Below, one piece after another: positions 38,491-49,484 of a stretch of DNA of 64,000 nt. A program made the translations under genes and the position numbers. Every line of letters starts with the position of its first letter. The stretch's first letter is position 1. The stretch spans positions 59,830,001-59,894,000 of the forward strand of contig CM060731.1 of the NCBI GenBank assembly GCA_030704615.1, written 5' to 3'. Source of the stretch: Takakia lepidozioides (taxonomy: Eukaryota; Plantae; Bryophyta). The notes beneath the pieces are model-generated. The model worked only from the letters and a program-made list of their open reading frames with translations. It searched no databases and was not told where the DNA came from.

Positions 38491-39399
38491 CAGCTATGTG
38501 GTGTGGCGCAGGAGACAAAAAAACGCCAAGTCCCAGCCCTCCTTTCTGTTCACGATTACACTAATGGACAACCTTATTAGCAATTTTTTAACTTTTTTAA
38601 ACCTAATGGGCAACCTTATTTGCATTATATGTGCCTTCAAAATGACACGTGTAGTGATGTAGTCGTATAAATAGAGCTCTGAAACCATCTTCAGTCATGG
38701 AGTCAGAAGATTCCATGAAACGTCGGGGAAGCCTCTTAGGGAACCTCCTAGTAGCCAGTATATATAGAAGACGAGACTGGACACTCTTCAGTCTCGCCAA
38801 CACCAGTTCAGGCTACTCTTGTTTCCAGTTCCCAGTACTCTAGCCTAATTTCCAGTATTTGGTACTCCAGTCCAGTTTTCAACATTCCAGTATTCAAGTT
38901 GCGTTCCAATATCTTGTACTCTTGTTCATCGTCTTGATTTATATTTACTCATCATGCATTCGGCCACACCGAGCTTGACTTCTTGTCGAGTCTTGTACCT
39001 CTAGTTTGATCTTTTGTTTGTGTTCAGTCATGTTCTCGTCTTTGACAAAGGATCTGACAGGAACTCCAGCAAAAGTTGTTCTCCGTTCATTGCATGGCCT
39101 GCATGGAAACAGATTCGCTTTTCACCCACCAATAGGGAACCTGTCTCACAAATCCAACTCTTAGGCCTTAGTCAAAGAAAAGTTAGACTTAGTGAATACA
39201 AGAGTCTAGCAAGGGGTCCCCGCTGAACATTCGAATTTAAGATTGTAGGACAAAAAGATGAGCTACTCCCATGGGGCTCCTTTTTACCTGCTTCGGATAG
39301 AGCCCCCACTAGGATTAATATGTGTAAGAACTAACACGGCCCAAGGACAAACTAAGAATTAGAGATGTGCACATGAGGTGTGGGCGCCCTCACTTGTGT

Positions 39400-40195
39400 T
39401 TTATTTTTATTCTTATAATTTTAGATTCAATATTTAAAAAATCATGCAAATTGTGCTTTGTGGCACCTCGCCGCACCACGTGGTGAGAAGCAATTCATCA
39501 ATTTTTTTAAATAATAATAATTATTTGCATACATTTTTAAATTAAAAAATATGCAAAATCATGCACAGGATGTCACGTGGAACCGTGCCACGCCGTGCAT
39601 CGACCACATAACACCGTGCATTTTTTTAAGTCGCTCAATTGATATATATTGTATGTATGTTGTGTTGATATATATATATAATAAAAGTATGTCATATACA
39701 TATAGATAGGTAATTGTTTTATTGGTTAGTGAGCAATGAACTACATGTGTGATATTGAAGTGGTCAAGGGTTCAAACTCCACATATAGTTAGATAATTAA
39801 CTAGAATCCGTGAGATAGAAATGATTAATACGGGGTTCCCCTAGATGATTGCGGCTGCAATGATTGTTTTTTGTTTTAAAAAATTAAAGTGCGATGTGGC
39901 GCGGTGCGGCCAATTATATGGTAGATTTGTTTTCAAATTTTGTTTTTCAAAACAATTGAAAATATTTAATAAAAATTAACGAGTTGCACCTTGCCGTGTC
40001 GCGTGGTGTGGTGCGGCGCACAATTTAAATATTAATTTATTTTTTACTTATAATACTAGTATATTTCTGAGTCATACCGTGATTAAGCTCATGATTCTGT
40101 CAAAAAGGTCATGATAATAACACGGATTTTATGACAGTTGGTCAAAAGAGTCATATGGGTCAAAAGAGTTGTGAAAACCATTTTTTGTTGTAGTG
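39400..40195. mobile_element. Terminal part of a second CACTA family (duplicated in reverse at 44458-44963)
   Basis: Ends TTTTTGTTGTAGTG at 40195; its copy begins CACTACAACAAAAA at 44458; subterminal TCAT/ATGAC motifs. Confidence 0.8.
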
Positions 40196-40552
40196 ATTCA
40201 TTCATTTAACTTCACCTCTTTGTTTTACAGGCGGGGATGAGATGACGTCAAATGAATGAAAGGTAAAAGAGAAAAGAAGAACAATTGTCATTGTGTAATG
40301 GCCTACCAAAGATCCAAATTCACCAAGAAACGAATGGACACTTGGCTAAAACTAACGTTTGGCTTGTCCCTAAGCTATTAGGTAACCCATCCCACACCAA
40401 TGTCAAGTTCGTCCGTTCTAGGGACAAGCTACTAAAAAAATCAATGTCTGAGAAAACCTAAGAAGTGCGGCAGCGGGGGCTCGGGGTCAATCTTTGTCTC
40501 ATTTCCCCTCAAGCTCCGTTTCTCGTCTCATTGTCAAACCTCCAGGCAGTTG

Positions 40553-41141
40553 CAGGGTTGAGTGGACCAAAAACGGCAGATCCTGCTATATGAAAGTCCA
40601 TGACCAAAAAATAAAAAGTTGAGGATACTATCCAAAATATTTGTTTAGTGATAGATAATGGTATACTGAACATATTTAGTAAAGAGTCCTACCACAAATA
40701 TTAAAGATATAATTTATTACATATTTTAGTCTATTATTTAGAGAAATTATGAAAAACTAAAAATTAGAGTTTAGAAAACAAATTCAATATGCCACCTAGC
40801 CATTGAAGATTATAGGTTTTTATACTTCTAGAAAAACAATGACACCCAAAATCCAAAAAACAAGACGAGCTTTGGACTTTTCAAAAAATGTATATTTATT
40901 TTACATATATTTAATCTATGTCAGTCAAGTGACAAATGATTTTACCACTTCAAATCCATACCTATGATGTGGACCAAAATGACCACCTTATGTCCAAATT
41001 CAATGGAATTCACCAATAGAAGAACTTGAGTCCACTGGTTTTAATGAATTAATTCAAATTCAATTGATGACACCATCAATTGCAGACTTGTAGTCATCTG
41101 AAACTGTGCCGGTAACGTCTATTTTGGTCCAGTCAACCCTA
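40553..41141. mobile_element. 589-bp non-autonomous TIR element (hAT-like MITE)
   Basis: TIRs CAGGGTTGAGTGGACCAAAA and TTTTGGTCCAGTCAACCCTA; AT-rich interior; absent from the other inverted-repeat arm; no TSD recognisable. Confidence 0.7.
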
Positions 41142-42045
41142 CTTTCACCCCTTTTCCCCATTTTTTCGAGTTCAGACTAACGCCCAGTGGACGTCATTGT
41201 CAAGCTCAGCAGAATTGATGTGCTATCATGAAGTCGCCCACTCCTCAAGTGTTCATCTCATTCCAAAGTTTGTTCACGGCCGGTCTAGTTCAAGCTGGGC
41301 CAGACTAGGACGAATGCCAAGGTCCAACTGACTACTAAACCTATCTCACGACGAGTCTTTAGAGGATAACCCAATGAAACGTGAACAATTCTTTCCCGAG
41401 CCCTGCTTGCATAAAAATAGCCTGAGTGCATTCATCCAAGGTTTTTTTTTGCTGTGATCACTTCAAATGACTCTGATTCTGGACCAGTCATAACTATACC
41501 AGTTGCCCACCATCAACCGACTTGTACCCTCCTACACCCTCATTCTTCGGTTCCTCCATTTCACTTGAAGCCTTCGTGTAGTGTTTTCTTCCTCGCAAAG
41601 CTTCTCGAAAGGGGGTGGAAAATGTAATACGTAAGTGTACACATCATTTGCAAAATTATCCGTAAATATTTTGAAGTTTATTTTTATTAAAAAAATTGGA
41701 CGACCTTTTGGTGGTCGTCCGTCTATCACCCGGCCGTCGCAATCGCCAAGCTGACGTCTTAAAAAAAAAAAACAAAAACAAAAAACGTAAAGTCACTGTT
41801 GTGCGGCTATCGTTGTTACTAAGCAATTGCCTAAATTCAACGGAGGGAATATATATATATATATTATTGCCCAACCGTCTCCCGGCCGTCGCCGACATCT
41901 AGTGGCCGTCTACACAAATAAAAATAAAAATAAAAAATAAAAAATAAAATCGCCCTAGTGGTGGCTATCGTCACAGTCTGGCCTAGCTCGCGGTCTCCGT
42001 TGGGGGAAAAAAATCAATTTGAGGGAATTTATTTCCGATGACATC

Positions 42046-43222
42046 ACAAATCCAACTCGTAGGCATCAACCAAGGAAGAGTTGGACTTGGTGAATACAGA
42101 ATCTAGCAAGGGGTCCCTGCTGAACTTCCGAATTCAAAGATAGTAGGGCAAAAAGATGAGCTACTCCCATGGTTGTGTTGATGTTCCGACTCCGATCGAA
42201 ATTGTCACGACGTCTTCGAGATGGGAGGCTTTCTATGCCCTTGAGCGATGATCCGGGCCAATGCTTGACCTCCCCAAACACGTTGCACGCTTCTTTGATG
42301 AGACTGAATCGTACCAGGAAGTCGAGTTCATGCATTTTCTAGAGCAAGTCTTGATCTTTGTTTATCATCGTTTCAGCAAGTTGGATGGCTATTGCGAAAA
42401 TTGGGTCGTTCCTAGATTAGAATGTATGTATTTGATCATTGTTTGGCCTGGTGGCTAATGCAACTGGCCTCAATTCCAAGTCTTCGAAAGCGATGATCCC
42501 GCCTCAAAGTTCCTTCCAAATCTTCTGGGTCTCATTAAAACTTAATCTTGGTATTGCTCGGATATCCCTTGTTTCAGGTCCATATCTTACGATTTTTCTT
42601 TTGTTGGCCTCTATGATCAGGGTGTCTGTCCACCTCGATGAGGCCATCCCGACTTTGAGTATTCTCTCCGCTCTCCCCTCTTTTCCCTTGACGATAGTGG
42701 AATGAGCTTTTGCTTTTATGCCCTAAGCTTTGTGCTCAGTGAAGCTGATGGATCTATCTGTCCGAGGGCATTTCTCTATCCCTCGAGATGCCTGTCGGCA
42801 TCCTGTCCCTCGATGACTTAGTGATTTTTCTTCTTTCTGCCCCCGAGGACTTAGCCAAATTTTTTTCTGTTTTTCCTGCCCTCTATGACTTAGCCATATA
42901 TTTCGAGGTTTTACCTCTTTCCTGCCCCCCAGGACTTGGAAACATTTTGCTTGTGATCTGGAGATCTGAGCCGTTCAGATTGAATGGTCAGATTTGCGGC
43001 TAGCTCCGCTTTTTGCGGATCTTCAACTGGAACTCTGCCAAGAGACATAAAAAAGCCGAAGGTTTTTAGTCTTCTGGACCTCTGGCATGCATCGACACAA
43101 ATTGAAAAATTAGAGAAAGAAAGCGGATCGCGGAGAAAAGCTACGACAGTGTCAACAATGCGACACTCTCCAGACCCTAACTCCCTACCGACTTGGTCAA
43201 GCTCCCATTCCCCCATCCCCAT
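42046..43222 (-). mobile_element. N-terminal fragment of the degenerate non-LTR family seen at 58950-60790
   Basis: Translated similarity (FNET.K.W, E.LE.RP.ALATRPN, KMHELDFLVRF..CNV.GE.KH) to 59180-59470; a ~125 bp piece is also at about 39147-39273. Confidence 0.65.
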
Positions 43223-45243
43223 CTTTCCAGAATTCCAACTCTCTCATTCTCTTCTTTTCTTTCTTTCCTATCCATTCTTTTGACCTCACCCCTCTATTTT
43301 TTACAGGCGGGGGTGGGATGAAGTCAAAAATGAAAGGTAAGAAAGAAAAGAAAAGAAACTAAAAGTATCAATGGCCTACCAGAGATTGTTGAATTTGGGC
43401 AACTGCCCAACAATCACAATAGCCGGACAATAGTGACTTTATATTTATTTATTTTTGTTTATTTTCTGGACGTCGGCTCGGCGATTGCGACGGCCGGACG
43501 ATAGACGGACGACCACCAAACGGTCGTCCAATTTTTTTAATAAAAAATAAAGTTAAAAATATTTACGGGTAATTTTGCGGGGGATGTGTACACCTACGTA
43601 TCACATTTTTCACCCCATTTCGAGAAGCTTTGTGAGGAAGAAAACACTACACGAAGGCTTCAAGTGCAATGGAGGAACCGAAGAATGAGGGTGTAGGAGG
43701 ATCCAAGTCGATTAGTGGTGGACAACTGGTATAATTATGGCTGGCCCATAATCACAGTAATTTGAGGTGATCACAGCCGAAAAAAACCTTGGATAAATGC
43801 ACTCAGACTATTTTATGCAAGCAAGGGCTTGGAAAGAATTGTTCACGTTTCATTGGGTTATCCTCCAAAGACCCATCGTGAGACAAGTTTAGTAGTCGGT
43901 TGGACCTTGGCCCTCGTCTAAGTCTGGCCCAGCTTGAACTAGACCGGCCCGTGAACAAACTTTGAAAATGAGATGAACATTTGAGGAGTGGACGACTTCA
44001 TGGTAACATATCAATTTTGCTAAGCTTGACAATGACGTCCACTGGGCGTTAGTCGGAACCCGAAAAAATGGGAAAGAGGTTTGACAATGAGACGAGAAAT
44101 GGAGCTTGAGGGGAGATGAGGCAAAGATTGAATCCGAGCCCCCGCTGCCTGACTGGAGCCACCGCTTGTACCAAATGATTTCTTAGATTTTCTGAGATAT
44201 TGATTTTTTTCGTAGCTTATCCCTAGAACGGACGAACTTGACATTGGATGGGGTGGGTTACCTAATGGAGAGTGTTGTTTCAAGGACAAGCCAAATGTTA
44301 GTTTTAACCAAGTGTCCATTCGTTTCTTGGTGAATTTGGATCTTTGGTAGGCCATTACACAATGACAATTGTTCTTCTTTTCTATTTTACCTTTTATTCA
44401 TTTGACTTCATCCAACCCCCGCTTGTAAAACAGAGGGGTGAAGTCAAATGAATGAATCACTACAACAAAAAACGGTTTTCATGACTCTTTCGGCCCCTAT
44501 GACTATTTTGGCCAACTGTCATAAAAACCGTGTCATTATCGTGACATTTTGACAGAGTCATGAGCTTAATCACGGTATGACTCAAAAAAATACTAGTATT
44601 ATAAGTAAAACATAAATTAATATTTAAATTATATGCCGCATCACACCACGCGGCGCGACAATGTGCAACTCATTAATTTAATTTGTTTAAAAAAATTGAA
44701 AAACAAGTCTACCATATAATTGGCCGTGCCATGCCACATGGCACTTCAATTTTTAAAAACAAAAAAAATCATTGCAGCCGCGTGACAATCATCTAAGGAG
44801 GCCCCGCCATATTAATCATTTCTATCTCACGGATTGTAGTTAACTACGTAACTATATGTGAAATTTGAACCCTTAACCACTTCAATATCACACCTATAGT
44901 TCATTGCACAATAACCAATAAAGCCATTAGCTATCTATGTGTATATGACATACTTTTATTGTACTAGGGCTTCGCGTTGCTCCGCATTACTAGCGACGAT
45001 TTCTGAGAAGGACGTCCGGACGGATGGGCCATACTGGAGGAACTTGAGAGAGAGTTGGAGGGGTTTTCCATGGGTCGTCTTGGTAAACAAGTAGATTTGG
45101 ACTATGATAAATCAGTATTTTTTTATTATACGTTGTGAGCATGCATTGGGACATGATAGACTTTTTGAAAAGGAGAAGGAGGATGGTCTTTATAAAATAT
45201 GGTGGCCCTTACATGGAACGTTTAGATATGTCTAATTTAAGCT

Positions 45244-45976
45244 CTACCAAGCTATGCTTTTGCTCCAGTTGTCGTCATTGGACTCTGTCTCCTCTCGTGC
45301 TTTGGCCAACAGTTTGACCCCTTCTAGTTGGAATGAAAGCCCGTGTTTCTTTTGATGAAAATTCATCCAAGATCGGATGTTACACTTGACTACAACGAGA
45401 TCCCCTGAACGTACGGATTCTCCATCCATTTTTTGGCCATTTTCGTTAAGGACTTCTATTGTATTGTACATCTCGTCGCTGTTTGTTTTTTGACGTTTGT
45501 TGTTACCGGACGTCGAGCCAAAGTTGTTTGCGTCAATTTTTAGGAGCTTTTCGTGAAGCTTATGTTGTTTCCACCTATCCACGTCATGTCCTCGCCTCTC
45601 CTCCTTCAATTATCGAACCATTTTGTATTGTATTTGCATAGTCGAACAAGAAATGGCTGTCTTCTATCAATATTGTGAATTTTGCGTCTTTTAGTTCTTT
45701 GGCAAAAGTCACGAATCTGTAATTCCCGGTTTTGCCAATACCTACGAAGATTGCTATTTCTTCACGGTCCGAAGGGACGTTCCATAAGGCACTATGGGAG
45801 TTTGTCCTGTAGGGCAGGCGCTTCTATGTGTTCCCCACCTTTAAGGTATGATGGTCATTGGACGCGAAACTGTCGTATATCACGTTTGTCACGTTTGTCA
45901 TGTCCTGGTGGGCTATTTCCTGGATTTGTTGGTCCGTTTCAGTGTCTATTGTGTCGGCTATTTCCAACGTTGACAT
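45244..45976 (-). pseudogene. Intronless ~240-aa gene (one stop, one frameshift) with a C-terminal OB-fold/ssDNA-binding-like signature
   Basis: ATG at 45976 (MSTLEIAD..), TAG at about 45824, frameshift at about 45610, then VLNENGQKMDGESVRSGDLVVVKCNIRSW..KHGLSFQLEGVKLL and an acidic tail ending in W. Confidence 0.5.
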
Positions 45977-46539
45977 GGTTGTTTGTATGGTGCAGAGAGA
46001 GAGAGAGAGAGAGGGGCAGGGGCAGATGAAAGTAGGGTTTTTTAGGAGAATTAAACCCTACGAGTGCGACTTTAAAATTAATCACGCTAATCTATAGAAC
46101 TGTGGCTTTCTCTCTCAGACCGAGGTTGATGCTACACCGCTTTGCTGGGAAGTTAGGTGCAAGGTGCGATGTAACAGAATGTTATATTCCTCTGCTTCAC
46201 CTGTACTTGGAAGCATCATTCGATTAGGGACCCTCTCACAACCGGTTATTTTTTTAGCAGCAACACCTAGTGAAGACGAAAGGCCTAGTCCATTGATGTT
46301 TTATTCAAGCCCAGCTATGTTGATTGAGGAATTCCAATAGGAGATGGCCCTTCACTTCCTGATCACAATTGTTTTGTTCCTGTCATAAAACCAGAGAACC
46401 TCACATCAGAATGTATAGGCTTACAAATACATACAGATCCATCTGCACTTTTTCAGTGCTCAAAGACTGGCAAAGGCATCAGAATACACATGACGTTCAC
46501 CTACCAGGCATCACCCATTCACAATCTCCAAAGCCTCCC

Positions 46540-48715
46540 TGCCACACCCAGTACATAAACAGAGTACACATAAGTTCCTTGCTTTGCATCCTCAATGCAC
46601 CCACATTGGGCATACATGTCCACTAGGGCAGAGTTCAGAATGACATCTGGTACAATTCCAGCTTTGACAATGTCACCATAGACCTCTTTTGACCTTTTCC
46701 AGGGCTTCCAGGCTTGCACAAGCATTGCAATCACACAAAAACATGATGTGGTTGGGCTTCACCCCTTCCCCCATAATTTGATCATAGGTCTCCAAATCCA
46801 CCATCCCACGTCCCTGCTGTGCATACCCTGCGATGTTTGTGAGTGTGCACCTGCTTTCCAGCTTCCAGACCTTTCTTGGCGTGAATCCACATCAGAGTTT
46901 GTTGGCACTAGGAAAGGGTTCAGACTGAGCTGCTCAACTACTCCCTGGTCTTAGTGGATTTACATAGTGTGCCAAACACAACATCTGGTGCCAAAGCCTC
47001 ATCCAGTGCCCCTGCTGTGCATACCCTGCAAGCATCGAGTTCCACGACACCACATCTCAGCAAACTATCAAAGGTTTACTCAACTAGTAACTTGCAGAAA
47101 TGAACATGAAAATTTAAGGACGATTTCGATAAGAGGGGAAAACAGGGTGAAATGTTTTGAAGAAGGTGTCTTCATTAGCAGTGCCTGATTTTATGAATTG
47201 TGCCGCTGCTGCTGAATCTGGACCCACACTTTTCCCTTTTCCAGGGCTGCCAGGCTTGCACAAGCATTTCCAATGCACACAAACGTGATGTGGTTGCACT
47301 TCACCTTTTCCCCAGCATTTGTTCATAGGTCTCCAAGGCCTCCATCCTGCGCCCCTGCTGGCATATCCTGCAAGCAAGAACACTCCCTCCGCATCCTCAA
47401 TGCTCCCACATTTGGCATCCATGTCCATGAGGGTATTGTTCAGAATCACATCTGGTACAATTCCAGCTTTGGCAATGCAACCATGCACCTTTTTGCCCTT
47501 CTCCAGGGCTGCCAGGCTTGCACACGCACTGCAAACACACACAAACCTGATCAGCCCAAAACCAATGGCCAGCTTCTCACTGTGGTGGCAAAGAGAAAAT
47601 TCCTTTTCCTCCTTCCCCACATCATGAAATACAAAGCACGTGTCAGGCACATACCCCGCCTCCTTTCATCTGCCTAGACAATCTTCTCAGCTCAGCATGG
47701 ATTTCCTTAATTCTGGGATGCAACCTGTCATCTACAGCGAAGGTGTGCACCCTGTTGCAAATCTCAATGTAGCAGCGACCTGGCTCCTTTCTAACCCCTC
47801 TGACCTTCATCATTCTTCTCACCAACTCCTGCTTTTGCGATGTAACCATGCACCCCTTCGCTCATTTCCAGGGCTGCCAGGCTTGCAAACACACAGACGT
47901 GATGTGGTCGGGCTTCACCCCTTCCCCTATCATTTGCTCATAGGTCTCCAAAGCCTCCATCCCATGCCCCTGCTGTGCATACCCTGCAAGCATTGCGTTC
48001 CAGGACACCACATTTCATTCAGCGATATAGTTGAACACTGCCTTCGCATCCTCGATGCTCCCACATTTGGCATACATGTCCACGAGGGCATTGTTCAGAA
48101 TAACATCGGGTACAATTCCAGCTTTGACAATGTCACCATGGACCTCTTTCCCCTTTTCCAGGGCTCCCAAGCTTGCACACGCATTGCAAACACAAACTAA
48201 GATGATGTGGTTGGGCTTCACCCCTTCGCAGAGTACACATAAGTTCCTTGCTTTGCATCCTCAATGCACCCATATTTGGCATACATGTCCACCAGGGCAG
48301 AGTTCAGAATGACATCTGGTACAATCCCAGCTTTGACAATGTCACCATGGACCTCTTTACCCTTTTCCAGGGCTGTCAGGCTTGCAGGCATTGGAATCAC
48401 AAACAAACATGATTTGGTTGGGCTTCACCCCTTCCCCCATCAATTGATCATAGGTTTCCAAAGCCACCAACCCACGTCCCTGCTGTGCATACCCTGCAAG
48501 CATAGCGTCCACGACACCACATCTTGTTCAGCCATAGTGTTGAAAACTCCCTTCGCATCCTTGGCATGAATCCACTTTGGATAATGTGAGTGTGCACCTG
48601 CTTTCCAGCTTCCAGACCTTTCATCTTGATGCACTTAAGCAAGAGACAAACAAACTTATCTGAATCTGTTGAAATGCCTCCAACATTAATTGGCATACAT
48701 GTCCACGAGGGTATT
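46540..48715 (-). pseudogene. Scrambled mosaic of PPR motifs, leader modules and a partial E+/DYW domain
   Basis: KEPGRCYIEICNRVHTF..HPRIKEIHAEL and [13 protein letters not shown] fused directly to an L motif at about 47545; several L-S-P pieces. Confidence 0.88.
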
Positions 48716-49484
48716 GTGGGCCAGGGAAATGTATTGAAATAAGCGAGGAAAAAATAACCTCGGAGTACAGACCATGAGGATGAGAAAGGGGACACAGGGA
48801 GACCGCCCCAACCTAAAAACAGGAAGACTGCAGGAAGCTTAGGACAAGAAGATTCCGCAGCGAGGGTATGGAGCTGTGAAGGACTAGAAGCTGGCGTTCA
48901 CGGTTCTAGTGCCTAGAAGAAAAGAAAGAAAGATGGGCCTTAGATTTGCCCTTCCTAAGAGAGCGCTTGTGGCGCCAATTAACATCAGATTCCTCAGGCT
49001 CTTCTGACTGTCTAGCACTACGAGAGCTACACTACAAGAGCTACTAACATGGCGGGAAGCGGTCGTTCCAGATAATCGTTGATTCTGTTGATCTTGAGCA
49101 CAGCTGCCCTCTTTTTCCCCAGGTGTTATCAAAGCTAGTACCTTACAACAACGGTAGATGTTAAAATCTTTGGATACTCTATTACGGAGAGAAACAGAAG
49201 GAGAGAACAATAAAACACATCGAGGTGCACAGAGAAATAAATGTTGGAGTCAGGAAAACATACAAATCTGTAGAAGAAAGACGATGATGGAACTGTTTTT
49301 TCCCGGGACTTCACTGCTGGTGTTGGATGATCCTTCATCCATGGTGGAAAGCTCACAAAAAATGCGACAGCAAATGGTTTGTCAGCTCTGCTCTTCCTGC
49401 CGCTTTACTATTCAGTTACAAAACATGATACCTTTCACCCTTCATGTTTAAGTGGTGCACTTTCTTTTCATGGATGCTATTGTT

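Larger units (their letters stand above)
26449..38727. mobile_element. CACTA (En/Spm) DNA transposon, main body; its other terminus is displaced to 23443-23520
   Basis: TIR CACTACAACAGATGAGTGTTTTT at 26449 matches CACTACAAGAGATGAGCGTTTTT at 23443. 3-bp TSD ACT at 23440-23442 and AGT (reverse complement of ACT) at 26446-26448. Subterminal TGACTAC repeats; divergent TnpA-like and TnpD genes. Confidence 0.9.
22605..39047 (+). mobile_element. Ty3/gypsy chromovirus (Tcn1/Tf1-like, self-priming) with RT-RNaseH deleted, a nested CACTA and an internal inversion
   Basis: 5' LTR at 22605-23191 (TG..CA). 3' LTR split into 23521-23864 (-) and 38728-39047 (+). TSD AAGGA at 22600-22604 and 39048-39052. 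Gag, protease LLDSGASACF, integrase IVDRF/SDRGPQF and chromodomain YEVDEVLDSR..YFVHWKGY..TWEP lie on - at 24423-26448. PPT at 23865-23877. Confidence 0.92.
39680..44963. repeat. Large inverted duplication: arms about 39680-41842 and 43387-44963, with a ~1.5 kb spacer
   Basis: The arms align in reverse complement at many anchors (39680/44960, 40195/44458, 40540/44077, 41700/43525); roughly 85-90% identical by eye. Confidence 0.9.

Noticed and set aside
39710-39790. tRNA gene (A-box and B-box-like motifs, also near 44850-44935)
   Set aside because: No cloverleaf can be folded; at most a decayed SINE-like head.
40195-44458. TAGTG at 40195 and CACTA at 44458 as the two TIRs of one element
   Set aside because: They face outward and share the same flank in reverse complement. 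They are one terminus copied by the inverted duplication.
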